Assembly (NCBI GenBank): GCA_963783855.1
Contig: CAWAPE010000001.1
Coordinates: forward strand, 88,985 to 152,984
DNA: 64,000 nucleotides
Source: an uncultured Bacteroidota bacterium
GTDB taxonomy: Bacteria > Bacteroidota > Ignavibacteria > Ignavibacteriales > Ignavibacteriaceae
Direction: 5' to 3'
A model generated the notes under the pieces. It had not been told where the DNA came from, made no database searches, and saw nothing but the letters and a program-made list of their open reading frames with translations. Shown here one piece after another: positions 17,833-27,309 of this stretch. The translations under genes and the position numbers were made by a program. Every line of letters begins with the position of its first letter. Position 1 is the first letter of the stretch.

Positions 17833-19276
17833 TTAAGGGAAAATACCAAGTGCATAATAAGAATCTGCTATCTTATTTATTGCAGTTACAAATGCCGCAG
17901 TTCTTAAATCCGGAATTTTCTTATTCGATTTCCAGGTTTCTCTAATTTCATTATACGCAGTAACCATTGTCTCTTCCAGCCCGGAATTAACAAGGTCTTC
18001 TTCATCTGCTCCGTGAGTAATGATTTCTTTTGATGATTGATCCAGTTTTTTACCAATTGCAGATTCAATAGAATTAACCAGTGTGTGATAAATTAATTCA
18101 TCGTATCTCTTCCCCATTCTTCCAAATCTTACGTGCGAAAGATTTTTTAACCATTCAAAATAAGAGACGGTGACACCCCCTGCATTTAGATACAGGTCAG
18201 GAATAATAAGGATATTTTTTTTCAGTAAAAGTTTTTCAGCTAATGGTGTAACCGGGCCATTGGCTGCCTCTGCAACAATTTTGGCTTTTATTTTATCGGC
18301 ATTTTTGCTATTGATTTGATTTTCCAGAGCAGCCGGTATTAAAATATCGCATTCCAGTTCAAGCGCATCACTTCTATCTTTTAAATTTTTTGATCCCGGG
18401 AAATCAAGAATAGATCCTTTTTCTTTTCTGTATTGTATTAATTTTTTAACATCAATTCCTTTTGGATCAAAAATGGACCCCTCATATTCTGCTATGCCTA
18501 TAATTTTTGCCCCTGCTTCGCTGAAAAATTTTGCAGTGTGATATCCAACGTTACCAAGACCTTGTATAACAACTTTTTTTCCTTCAACACCGGGGGTGAG
18601 GCCCAACTTTTTTAGATCATCCTTGTTATTTAGTGCTTCGCGCACACCAAAGAAAACTCCTCTACCCGTAGCGGCTGTTCGCCCTCTAATTCCTCCCTGG
18701 CTAATTGGCTTACCAGTTACACAGCCTTGTGAATCTATTGAGCCTGAGTTAAATGCAGCATAAGTATCTGCAATCCAGGCCATTTCCCTTCCACTTGTAC
18801 CGTAATCAGGTGCTGGTACATCAATCCCCGGACCAATAAAATTCTTTTTAATTAATTCCGAGGTGTACCTTCTTGTAATATGTTCCAATTCTACCTCATC
18901 ATAAGCTCTTGGATCTATACAAACCCCGCCTTTAGCTCCACCGAATGGTACATTTACAACAGCACACTTATATGTCATCAAGAGCTGCCAATGCCATAAC
19001 CTCATCCTGATTTACTGAAAGACTATACCTGATCCCACCTTTAACTGGCAATTTATGCTGACTGTGTTCTACCCTGTATGCTGTAATAACTTTTATTTTA
19101 TTTTTTATCCTTACCGGGAATTTCATTTCGTAAACGCTGTTGCAATCTTTTATCTGATCAAGCAATCCGGGAGGGTATTTAGTGAATTGTGCTGCACGAC
19201 TAAAATAATCGAGTACATCCCCATAAAAACTATGTTCTCTTTTTGCTTTCAGATTATTATTATTTGAACTTTGCAT
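17833..19276 (-). pseudogene. Vertebrate GLUD-like glutamate dehydrogenase (gdh-4), interrupted by a 1-nt frameshift near 18979
   Basis: Track ORFs 18968..19276 and 17833..19005 are the N- and C-terminal parts of one GDH. ...[21 protein letters not shown] reads into D-D-I-stop, while the next frame reads [18 protein letters not shown]. Removing one base (18979) restores [10 protein letters not shown] and gives about 480 aa. Confidence 0.8.
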
Positions 19277-19386
19277 ATATATATCTCCTGCTAATTCAAT
19301 ATAGGAATTGGATTTAAAACTAAGGCTGAATAAAGTTAGGCATTAAAATTATTTCTGGCAAGCAATAATTATACATATATTAATAA

Positions 19387-21021
19387 TTATTCAGATTTCA
19401 ATATTAAACCCTCAGGATCGATTTCATATTTCATTCCGGATGGAATATTAACTTCAGCATTTCCATCCTTCATTTCTATTCTTTCAGTCTTATCTCCTAT
19501 TTTTACTTCTACCGTTAAATAAAAAGGAAGATCATTCGGAGTTTCCCATTTTAATGTTAAAGTTTCTCCTGTGAAGGAGGAGTTAAGTTTTGGCAATTTG
19601 GGTTGCCTGAGATAAACTTCAAAAAACCAGTCCAATTTCATTCCCGAATATTTTTCCGCAGTTTTTAGTAAATCATCTGTTGTCGCAAAACGGCATTGAC
19701 TTCCGTCTGTTACTTTTTCCATCCTAGGATCGGGATACGCAAATCTTCTAAGAATGGTAAAAAAATCTTTATCACCAACAAGGTAGCGTAAAGTCTGCAA
19801 AATCCACGCTCCTTTTGCGTAAATATCACCATCGGTATACATTGCCTGAATTGTTTTTGATTCCCTGGGTGCAACCGGATGATTATTTTTTATATTTTTT
19901 CCAATTTCCTGCAGATATTTAAAATATTCATCTTTACCTTTTAGCTTTTCTGCATAAAGAGGTTGCATAAATGCACACAACCCTTCGTGCAGCCAGAAAT
20001 CTTTCCAGTCTAATGCGGTTACAAGATTTCCCCACCACTCATGTCCGAGCTCGTGGTGATGAAGCCAGTCAAATCCATGTGCACCCTTTCTAAATTGATT
20101 TCCATAGGCAATAATTGTTTGATGTTCCATTCCAAGGTGAGGAGTTTCAACTACACCGTATTTTTCGGCACGAAAAGGATAAGGGCCTAAAGTTTCTTCA
20201 TAGAATCTCAGGTGTTGAAGAAATTCCGGGAATATTTTTACACCTTTTTCATAGTCTTCCGGCAAAACCCAGAACATAGTTTCTATTGTATCCCCCGCCG
20301 TGCTCACATATTTTTTTGAAATGGTTTTGTAAGGAGCGGCATTTAATGTAATATCGTAATTATTGATGGGTTCCGAAACAAACCAGTTGAAGGTGCTGGT
20401 TTGGTTATTATTTTCAACTATGCTTTGTAATTTTCCGTTAGATGCTACAACCAGTGGATCAGGTACTGTAAAATGAAGGGCGACAGAATCAGCCTCATCA
20501 GACGGATGATCTTTACATGGCCACCATAGATCGGCACCGTTTAACTGACAGGTAGTTGCAATCCAGGGCGAACCATCTTTGGTTTTCGCCCAAGTAAATC
20601 CGCCATCCCACGGTGGACGAGGCGCTATTCGAGGCTTACCGCTGTATTTAATCTGAACTACAACCCGGTCATTTATTTCTTTCTTTTCATTCAAATGAAT
20701 CCATATTTTCCCGACTTTCCTTTCAAATTTAATGGGCACATTTTTCCCATCGGAATTTTTCTCTTCAATTGAAATGATTTTATAGACAGTATCAAGATCA
20801 ACAACAAAACATTCCAGCGGTGACAATACTTCAGCAAAAACAGAAACATCTCCAATTATCATGCTGTCTGTCGGATTAACAACAATTCCAATATCATAAA
20901 ATTTTACATTGTAGGCAGCTTGTTCAGGCATAAGTGGGCCGCCGCTGTTGTTTATCGGAGTTTGAGCCGAAATAGTCCCTATGAAAATAAAAACGGCAAT
21001 AAATATATTTTTGAATTTCAT
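19387..21021 (-). CDS. M1 family aminopeptidase, secreted
   Basis: 544 aa; signal peptide; HELGHEWWGN zinc motif plus the downstream WLHEG glutamate. Confidence 0.85.
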   Translation of the reverse strand: MKFKNIFIAVFIFIGTISAQTPINNSGGPLMPEQAAYNVKFYDIGIVVNPTDSMIIGDVSVFAEVLSPLECFVVDLDTVYKIISIEEKNSDGKNVPIKFERKVGKIWIHLNEKKEINDRVVVQIKYSGKPRIAPRPPWDGGFTWAKTKDGSPWIATTCQLNGADLWWPCKDHPSDEADSVALHFTVPDPLVVASNGKLQSIVENNNQTSTFNWFVSEPINNYDITLNAAPYKTISKKYVSTAGDTIETMFWVLPEDYEKGVKIFPEFLQHLRFYEETLGPYPFRAEKYGVVETPHLGMEHQTIIAYGNQFRKGAHGFDWLHHHELGHEWWGNLVTALDWKDFWLHEGLCAFMQPLYAEKLKGKDEYFKYLQEIGKNIKNNHPVAPRESKTIQAMYTDGDIYAKGAWILQTLRYLVGDKDFFTILRRFAYPDPRMEKVTDGSQCRFATTDDLLKTAEKYSGMKLDWFFEVYLRQPKLPKLNSSFTGETLTLKWETPNDLPFYLTVEVKIGDKTERIEMKDGNAEVNIPSGMKYEIDPEGLILKSE

Positions 21022-21046
21022 AATTATAAAATTATCTGATTGAATT

Positions 21047-21718
21047 TTACTTACAATAAGTAATTATCTCACTGACTGATTTCTTTTTAATATCCGGTAC
21101 TTTTGCATTTTCTGCAGGATGCCCCACTACAAGAATAAGATAAGGTTTTTCATTTACCGGCCTGTCCAATATTTCGTTTAAGAAATTCATAGGACTTGGT
21201 GTGTGTGTTAACGAAACAAGTCCGACATTATGAATTGCTGTGATCAACATCCCGGTCGCGATACCAACTGATTCCGATGTATAATAATTTTTTACCTGTC
21301 TGCCGTCAGGAAGGATGTCATACTTCTTTGAAAATATTACAATTAAATAAGGTGCAGTTTCAAGAAAAGGTTTTGATTCATCAGTACCAAGCGGGGCTAG
21401 AGCATCACGCCACTCCTGCGGCGCCCTTTGTGTATAAAATATTTTTTCCTCTTCCTCAGCCGCTTCACGTATTTTCTTTTTTATATTTTTATCCCCAACA
21501 ACAACAAATTGCCACGGCTGCATGTTTGCCCCGTTCGGCGCAGAACCTGCCGTCAAAATACAATTTTCAATAATTTCCCTTGGTACGGGCTTGTCAGAAA
21601 ACTCACGGATTGTTCTTCTCTTTTTCATTAATTCCAAAAATTTCTCAGATCGTTCGATCATTTCATTTTCAGATATTTCTAAAGTTTTTTCAAATGGAAT
21701 AAATTTAGGTTCAGTCAT
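21047..21718 (-). CDS. Nitroreductase family protein (possibly iodotyrosine-deiodinase-like subgroup)
   Basis: 223 aa; RRTIREFSDKPVP...LTAGSAPNGANMQPWQFVVV is a nitroreductase-fold signature. Confidence 0.75.
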   Translation of the reverse strand: MTEPKFIPFEKTLEISENEMIERSEKFLELMKKRRTIREFSDKPVPREIIENCILTAGSAPNGANMQPWQFVVVGDKNIKKKIREAAEEEEKIFYTQRAPQEWRDALAPLGTDESKPFLETAPYLIVIFSKKYDILPDGRQVKNYYTSESVGIATGMLITAIHNVGLVSLTHTPSPMNFLNEILDRPVNEKPYLILVVGHPAENAKVPDIKKKSVSEIITYCK

Positions 21719-21729
21719 AATCTTAATTA

Positions 21730-23826
21730 TTAATTTATTTTTTCGAAAAATTTCTTTCGCAGACTTTTCAAACTCTCCTGTTCACCAATAATGGTCAGGA
21801 TATCACCTTCACAAAGTATTGTACTACCCTGTGCTATAATTACCTGTTCTTCCCTTCTCAGCCAGGTAACAAGGCAACCTTTTGGCAGTTTTATTTCCGC
21901 TATGCTCCGTCCGATCAAAGTTTGAGTTAATTCATCGTATGAAATCCTGAGCGATAAATATCTTTCATCATGCAAGAGAGCTTCCTTCAGTCCCTGTTCA
22001 TCCTTTGCAGCCAGCCAGTCTTTTGAAAAACTATCTTCATCTACCCTGCTTGCAATTTGTGCCAGCATTCTCAAATGCTGTGCGGGATTGCTTTCCGGAC
22101 TTATTAAAAAGAATATTGCATTGACTACCTCTTCCTGTTCCTCAAAATCAGTAAGAGGATTATTAAGAATTATATGCACTCCTTTTTTACATCGGACAAG
22201 TACCATCTCGGGTTGTTGAAATCCTTTAATGCGCAGATGCGGGAGGGCAATTCCATGTGTAACCGGAGTAGCACCAACCCTTGTACCTTCCAGAATATCA
22301 TCTCTTATTTCCTGGAAAGTATGTGTCCCAAATTGTGAAAACCATACTGAAGCTTTTTCAACCACGTCTTCAAATTTTGTTTCCTCTTCAAGATCAATTA
22401 CAAAACTCCTTGCAACAATCAGATCGAAAGGATCCTCTTCGCGCAATCCTTTTTCTTTTAATATACCACGCAGTTCCCTGTCGAGTCCCTGGTAGCGAGC
22501 GTGCCCGAGTCTTTCAAATATGTGATAAATCGCACCGTTCCTAACAACCCTGTCCTTTGCGTAGAACCAGTACCATGCAGAACCAATAAGTACAAGACCA
22601 ACTGTAAATACTATCGGTAAAAATCCCATTTCAATAATTAACCATATGGGCGAAAGAATTCCTACTATTTGTAAATATGGATACAACGGTGATTTATAAC
22701 CGGGATCGTACGAATCAATTCTGCTTTCCCGCATTATAATTACTGCCAGCGAAACAAACCCAAACATTAATAATTGAAAAGCACTCGCAAGTTTAGCAAT
22801 CTTTGCCGGATCAAAAATTAATAAGATCATTACAATGACTAAAACAGTGAGAATAATTGCTACGAATGGAGTTCCCTTCAAACCAATTTTCTGAAACAAT
22901 TTTGGGATCATATGATCACGGCTCATTGCAAGCGGATAACGTGACGCACTTAGTGTCCCGGCGTTTGCAACTGAAATAAAAGCCATTAGTGCTGCTATCG
23001 TTACAAAAATAGTTCCTGCCTTACCAAATATTATTTCTGCTGCGGTAGCAACCGGGGTTAAATCACCAGCTAGTTTTTCGATTGGAATTACTCCAACCAT
23101 CACACTTGTTCCAAGGATATAAATTATAAATGCCGAACCAAGTGCCAGGAAGATTCCTCTCGGGATTGTTTTTTCGGGATCCTTTATTTCCTCCGAAAGA
23201 CTGGCAACTTTTGTAACCCCGACATAACTTATATAAACAAGTCCGGCAGTTGAAAAAATTGATTTAAGATCATTTGTGAAAATGTCTTTAAAATGGACTG
23301 TTTGAATTGAATTTAATCCTCCCCCAATAAATACCGTAAGAATAATCAGCAACACAGCAACCAGAATTATCTGGAATTTCCCGCTCTTTTTGGTACCAAA
23401 TAGATTTAAAGCACCGATAGCAATTGCAAATATTATTGCAATGGTTATAATTGGTAATTGTGGGAAAAATAATTCAAGGTAGGCACCCATTCCTATTAAA
23501 GCGAAGGCCACTTTAAGAATTAAAGCAAGCCAGGTTCCTATTCCGCCAACAGTCCCGAATAACGGACCGAGAGAACGATCCAGGAAATAATAAACCCCAC
23601 CGGCTCTTGGCATTGCGGTTGCCAGTTCGGCCACGCTGAACATTGCGGGAACAAGAGGAATAGCCGCAATTATATAAGAAAAGATCATTGCAGTTCCTGC
23701 CTGCTGAGCCGCAATCCCCGGCAATAAAAAGAATCCGGCGCTCAGTGTTGTACCGGCAGCAATAGCATAAACATCCAAAAGGCGAAGTTCTTTTTTTAAT
23801 CTTTTACCCTTTTTTAGTTCCGGCAT
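21730..23826 (-). CDS. APC-superfamily amino-acid permease fused to PTS EIIA(type 2/Ntr)-like and TrkA-C (RCK_C) domains
   Basis: 698 aa. About 430 aa of multi-TM permease, then VGATPVTHGIALPHLRI (EIIA-2 active-site His context), then IAEIKLPKGCLVTWLRREEQVIIAQGSTILCEGDILTIIG (TrkA-C pattern). Confidence 0.8.
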   Translation of the reverse strand: MPELKKGKRLKKELRLLDVYAIAAGTTLSAGFFLLPGIAAQQAGTAMIFSYIIAAIPLVPAMFSVAELATAMPRAGGVYYFLDRSLGPLFGTVGGIGTWLALILKVAFALIGMGAYLELFFPQLPIITIAIIFAIAIGALNLFGTKKSGKFQIILVAVLLIILTVFIGGGLNSIQTVHFKDIFTNDLKSIFSTAGLVYISYVGVTKVASLSEEIKDPEKTIPRGIFLALGSAFIIYILGTSVMVGVIPIEKLAGDLTPVATAAEIIFGKAGTIFVTIAALMAFISVANAGTLSASRYPLAMSRDHMIPKLFQKIGLKGTPFVAIILTVLVIVMILLIFDPAKIAKLASAFQLLMFGFVSLAVIIMRESRIDSYDPGYKSPLYPYLQIVGILSPIWLIIEMGFLPIVFTVGLVLIGSAWYWFYAKDRVVRNGAIYHIFERLGHARYQGLDRELRGILKEKGLREEDPFDLIVARSFVIDLEEETKFEDVVEKASVWFSQFGTHTFQEIRDDILEGTRVGATPVTHGIALPHLRIKGFQQPEMVLVRCKKGVHIILNNPLTDFEEQEEVVNAIFFLISPESNPAQHLRMLAQIASRVDEDSFSKDWLAAKDEQGLKEALLHDERYLSLRISYDELTQTLIGRSIAEIKLPKGCLVTWLRREEQVIIAQGSTILCEGDILTIIGEQESLKSLRKKFFEKIN

Positions 23827-24002
23827 AACCCCCGCCTGAAATTGTGTAAGGATTAATATTTACCGGTAATATGCAAAAAAAATTACAAAGAAATCTTTTA
23901 ATTTATTCAGTTTAGCACCTGTCGGATAAATTGATTTTCTACCCCTATTTTTCATAAATCAAATTTATTGCCTTGGGAATAAATGCCGGGAACTTATTTC
24001 TG

Positions 24003-24033
24003 AATTCGACTGTTTTAGTAATTTAGTCGAATT
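24003..24033. promoter_or_regulatory. Candidate TetR operator (perfect 9-bp inverted repeat)
   Basis: AATTCGACT (24003-24011) and AGTCGAATT (24025-24033), ending 18 nt upstream of the tetR ATG. Confidence 0.45.
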
Positions 24034-24051
24034 TGGGGAAATGGAGTTATT

Positions 24052-24666
24052 ATGGTTACAGAAAAATTAAAAGAAAAGGAATTGGCTATTCTAAAAGCAG
24101 CAAGGCAACGATTTGCACATTATGGCTATTCAAAAGTTACAATGGATGAAATTGCTGCAGATGTGGAAATGGGCAAGGCATCGCTATACTATTACTTTCC
24201 TACCAAGGAAAACCTTTTCCAGGTGGTTATCTTTCAGGAACAGGATGAGTTTGCGAATGAAATTGAAAAAATGCTTAAAAACGAGACCTGTGCTGAAGAC
24301 AAGCTTTTGCAATATGTGGATCTGCGCCTGAAATACTTTCATAAACTGTTAAATCTGGGAGCGCTTTCTTTTTATTCATTCATAGAAAAAAAGTCGCAAT
24401 TCAAGCAATATTATCAACTTTTTGAAGAGCGCGAACTACAGTTATTGACTAAAATTTTTGAAGAAGGGAAAAAGAAGAATGAGTTTAAAAGAAATGTAGA
24501 TGAAAAACTGATTACAGTTCTTCTTCATATACTTCAGGGATTAAGGCTCAGGACATTAAAGTCAATCCAGGGACAAAAAATTGAAACTAAGATTTACAAA
24601 GAACTAAAAGAAGAAATGTTAACAACTGTAGAAATATTTCTAAAAGGAATTAAATGCAGTAGTTAA
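24052..24666 (+). CDS. TetR/AcrR family transcriptional regulator
   Basis: 204 aa; N-terminal HTH TMDEIAADVEMGKASLYYYFPTKENLF. Confidence 0.85.
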   Translation: MVTEKLKEKELAILKAARQRFAHYGYSKVTMDEIAADVEMGKASLYYYFPTKENLFQVVIFQEQDEFANEIEKMLKNETCAEDKLLQYVDLRLKYFHKLLNLGALSFYSFIEKKSQFKQYYQLFEERELQLLTKIFEEGKKKNEFKRNVDEKLITVLLHILQGLRLRTLKSIQGQKIETKIYKELKEEMLTTVEIFLKGIKCSS

Positions 24667-24721
24667 ACTTTCCTATTGCAAATAAAAGAATTTAAAAATA
24701 ATTAAAGACAGGATACACTTT

Positions 24722-25660
24722 ATGAGCGAAAACGATAAGACAGAAAACTCAAAACCATTGTACAGGAAAAAGAAAGTTTTTATCCCTGCAATTCTATTAA
24801 TTGCCGGCATAGTCGGATTCTGGTACTGGTACCAGATACAACTCGGTCATATTTCAACTGATGACGCATACATCGATGGCGATAGAGTAAATATCAGCGC
24901 AAAAATGCTGGGAAGAATAACCGATCTTTATTTTGACGAAGGTGACACAATCAGGCAGGGCGATCTGATTACAGTGCTGGATTCTTCAAATATTTATGCT
25001 CAAATGAGGGAAGCCGAAGCACAACTGGACCTGACAAAAGAAAATGTAAAACTCGCTGAAGTTAAGTTAGAAAAGGCGCAGGAAGATTTTGACCGTGCTG
25101 AACTTCAATTCAAGAATAAACTTATCCCCAAAATGCAATACGATCATGCTTTGAAAGGATTACAGGAAACGAAAGCACAACTTGCAATTACAAAAAGCCG
25201 GATTAACACGGTAACTGCAAAATTGAATGTACTTTCAACAGAACTGCAAAACACAAAAATATTCTGCCCTATCAATGGAATTGTAGCAAAGAAATGGTTG
25301 CTGAAAGGCGATGTGGTACAGCCGGGTCAGCCAATTTTTACAGTTTACAACAATAAGGATCTCTGGGTTACAGCAAATTATGAAGAGACAAAAATTTCAG
25401 CTATTGCGCTTGGCGATTCAGTAAGTATATCTGTTGATGCTTATCCAGACCAGCAGTTTAAAGGAACTGTATTACAGTTGGGAACTAACACAGCATCTCA
25501 ATTTTCACTTATTCCACCAAACAATGCTTCCGGAAATTTTACAAAAGTAACACAGAGAGTGCCGGTTAAAATTTCAATCTATCAGGTTAAGGATAATTCT
25601 AAAAAAGCAAGCTTGTTACCTGGAATGTCCGTAGAAGTAGATGTAAAGGAAGGTAAATAG
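24722..25660 (+). CDS. HlyD/EmrA-type membrane fusion protein
   Basis: 312 aa; one N-terminal TM, coiled-coil middle, barrel-sandwich ends; sits upstream of a DHA2 MFS pump. Confidence 0.85.
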   Translation: MSENDKTENSKPLYRKKKVFIPAILLIAGIVGFWYWYQIQLGHISTDDAYIDGDRVNISAKMLGRITDLYFDEGDTIRQGDLITVLDSSNIYAQMREAEAQLDLTKENVKLAEVKLEKAQEDFDRAELQFKNKLIPKMQYDHALKGLQETKAQLAITKSRINTVTAKLNVLSTELQNTKIFCPINGIVAKKWLLKGDVVQPGQPIFTVYNNKDLWVTANYEETKISAIALGDSVSISVDAYPDQQFKGTVLQLGTNTASQFSLIPPNNASGNFTKVTQRVPVKISIYQVKDNSKKASLLPGMSVEVDVKEGK

Positions 25661-25661
25661 G

Positions 25662-27287
25662 GTGCTGAATTTTCTAAACGTTCATTTAAGAGAAAAAATT
25701 GTCGGGCTGTTTCCTTCGATGAAACCCGACCATAAAGCTTACAGCTGGTGGGTTTTGTGGAGTGTTATGATTGGTACATTCATGGCAGTGCTCGATGTTA
25801 CAATTGTAAACGTTGCTTTACCCAAAATCATTGCTACATTCGGTACCAGCATCGATAAAGCAGAATGGGTACTCACCGGTTATTTATTAATTTTTGCGGT
25901 AATGCTTCCCTCTTCAGGATGGATTGCAGATCATCTTGGTTACAAACGAACATATTTTGCCGGACTACTTCTATTTACAGTAGGGTCATTTCTATGCAGT
26001 CTTTCGTGGGATGAAAATTCATTGATATTTTTCCGGTTAATCCAGGGAGCTGGTGCGGGACTGGTAATGCCAGTTGGTATGGCGATAATTACACGGGAGT
26101 TTCCTCCTGAAAAAAGAGGAATGGCACTTGGTTTCTGGGGAATTGCTGCAGCGGCCTCCGTCTCTCTTGGTCCATTGATTGGGGGCTATTTAGTAGACAG
26201 CTACAGCTGGTCAGCAATATTTGATGTAAATGTTCCCGTAGGAATAATCGGCCTGATTTCAATTTATATAATTCAACGTGAATACAAGACAGAACATATA
26301 AGAGCTTTTGATTTTCTCGGCCTTATTTCTATGACACTGTTTTTAACTTCGCTGCTGCTTGCATTTGCAGATGGTAATGCTTCGTGGAATACCGGAGGGT
26401 GGACTTCAAATTTTATAGTTACCTGTTTTACTATATCTGCAATTAGTTTTATAGTATTTATCATAACGGAATTTTCTGTTAAACACCCGTTAATAGAATT
26501 AAGACTTTTAAAGAACAGGAATTTTTCAATTGCAACACTGATGATGTTTATTTTCGGTGCTGCGCTTTTTGGTAATTCATTTCTTCTACCACTATACCTG
26601 CAGAATTCACTTGGTTACACGGCGTTCCAGGCCGGACTCGTTTTCTTCCCGGTTGGAATTATACAGGCTTTTATGTCACCAATTGCGGGAAGATTATCGG
26701 ACAAAGCAAATCCTAAAATTCCGGTTTTTATCGGAATTACATTATTAACATTGAGCATGTACTATTCCTCATTCTTTTCTGAGTACTCAATGCACTCACA
26801 AATAATGCTTCCACTTTATTTAAGAGGATTCGCGCTGGGATTTATTTTTATTCCCCTTACAAACATCGCTTTGTTAGATGTCCCACGGAATGAACTTGCA
26901 CAGGCAAGCGGGCTATTCAACACTATCCGGCAAATAGGAGGAAGCTTTGGTGTTGCCGTACTCGGAACGATTTTAACTCAGAGAGTTATTTATCACACAA
27001 CAGCTTTCAGCGATGCGGCAAATCAATACTCTGCTCAATTTAAACACGTAGCATACGGTGTTGGGAGATTTGTACAGCATAATACAGGAAGCGTGGGAAG
27101 TGAAATGATAATGAGAACTAAAGCTCTTCTTGCCCAACACCTGGTAGCACAGGCTTTTATTGAAGGAATAAATGATGATTTTCTTATCAGTGCAATTATG
27201 ACAGTTATACTAATACTGCCCATATTTTTTATTTCCACTAAAAACAGGAAAAAGAAAAAAGGTGAAAGAATTGAAATTATGGAATAG
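25662..27287 (+). CDS. MFS transporter, DHA2 (EmrB/QacA) family
   Basis: 541 aa, about 14 TM segments. GTG start 1 nt after the upstream stop; the true start may lie further in. Confidence 0.85.
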   Translation: MLNFLNVHLREKIVGLFPSMKPDHKAYSWWVLWSVMIGTFMAVLDVTIVNVALPKIIATFGTSIDKAEWVLTGYLLIFAVMLPSSGWIADHLGYKRTYFAGLLLFTVGSFLCSLSWDENSLIFFRLIQGAGAGLVMPVGMAIITREFPPEKRGMALGFWGIAAAASVSLGPLIGGYLVDSYSWSAIFDVNVPVGIIGLISIYIIQREYKTEHIRAFDFLGLISMTLFLTSLLLAFADGNASWNTGGWTSNFIVTCFTISAISFIVFIITEFSVKHPLIELRLLKNRNFSIATLMMFIFGAALFGNSFLLPLYLQNSLGYTAFQAGLVFFPVGIIQAFMSPIAGRLSDKANPKIPVFIGITLLTLSMYYSSFFSEYSMHSQIMLPLYLRGFALGFIFIPLTNIALLDVPRNELAQASGLFNTIRQIGGSFGVAVLGTILTQRVIYHTTAFSDAANQYSAQFKHVAYGVGRFVQHNTGSVGSEMIMRTKALLAQHLVAQAFIEGINDDFLISAIMTVILILPIFFISTKNRKKKKGERIEIME

Positions 27288-27309
27288 AATTCCGGGAGAA
27301 ATATTCAGA

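Noticed and set aside
18960-19010. Programmed +1 ribosomal frameshift in gdh-4 (the site reads CTT G ATG, superficially like the prfB CUU UGA site).
   Set aside because: There is no in-frame stop codon at the shift site and no upstream Shine-Dalgarno-like stimulator that I could see, and GDH genes are not known to use recoding. An indel (error or mutation) is the simpler explanation.
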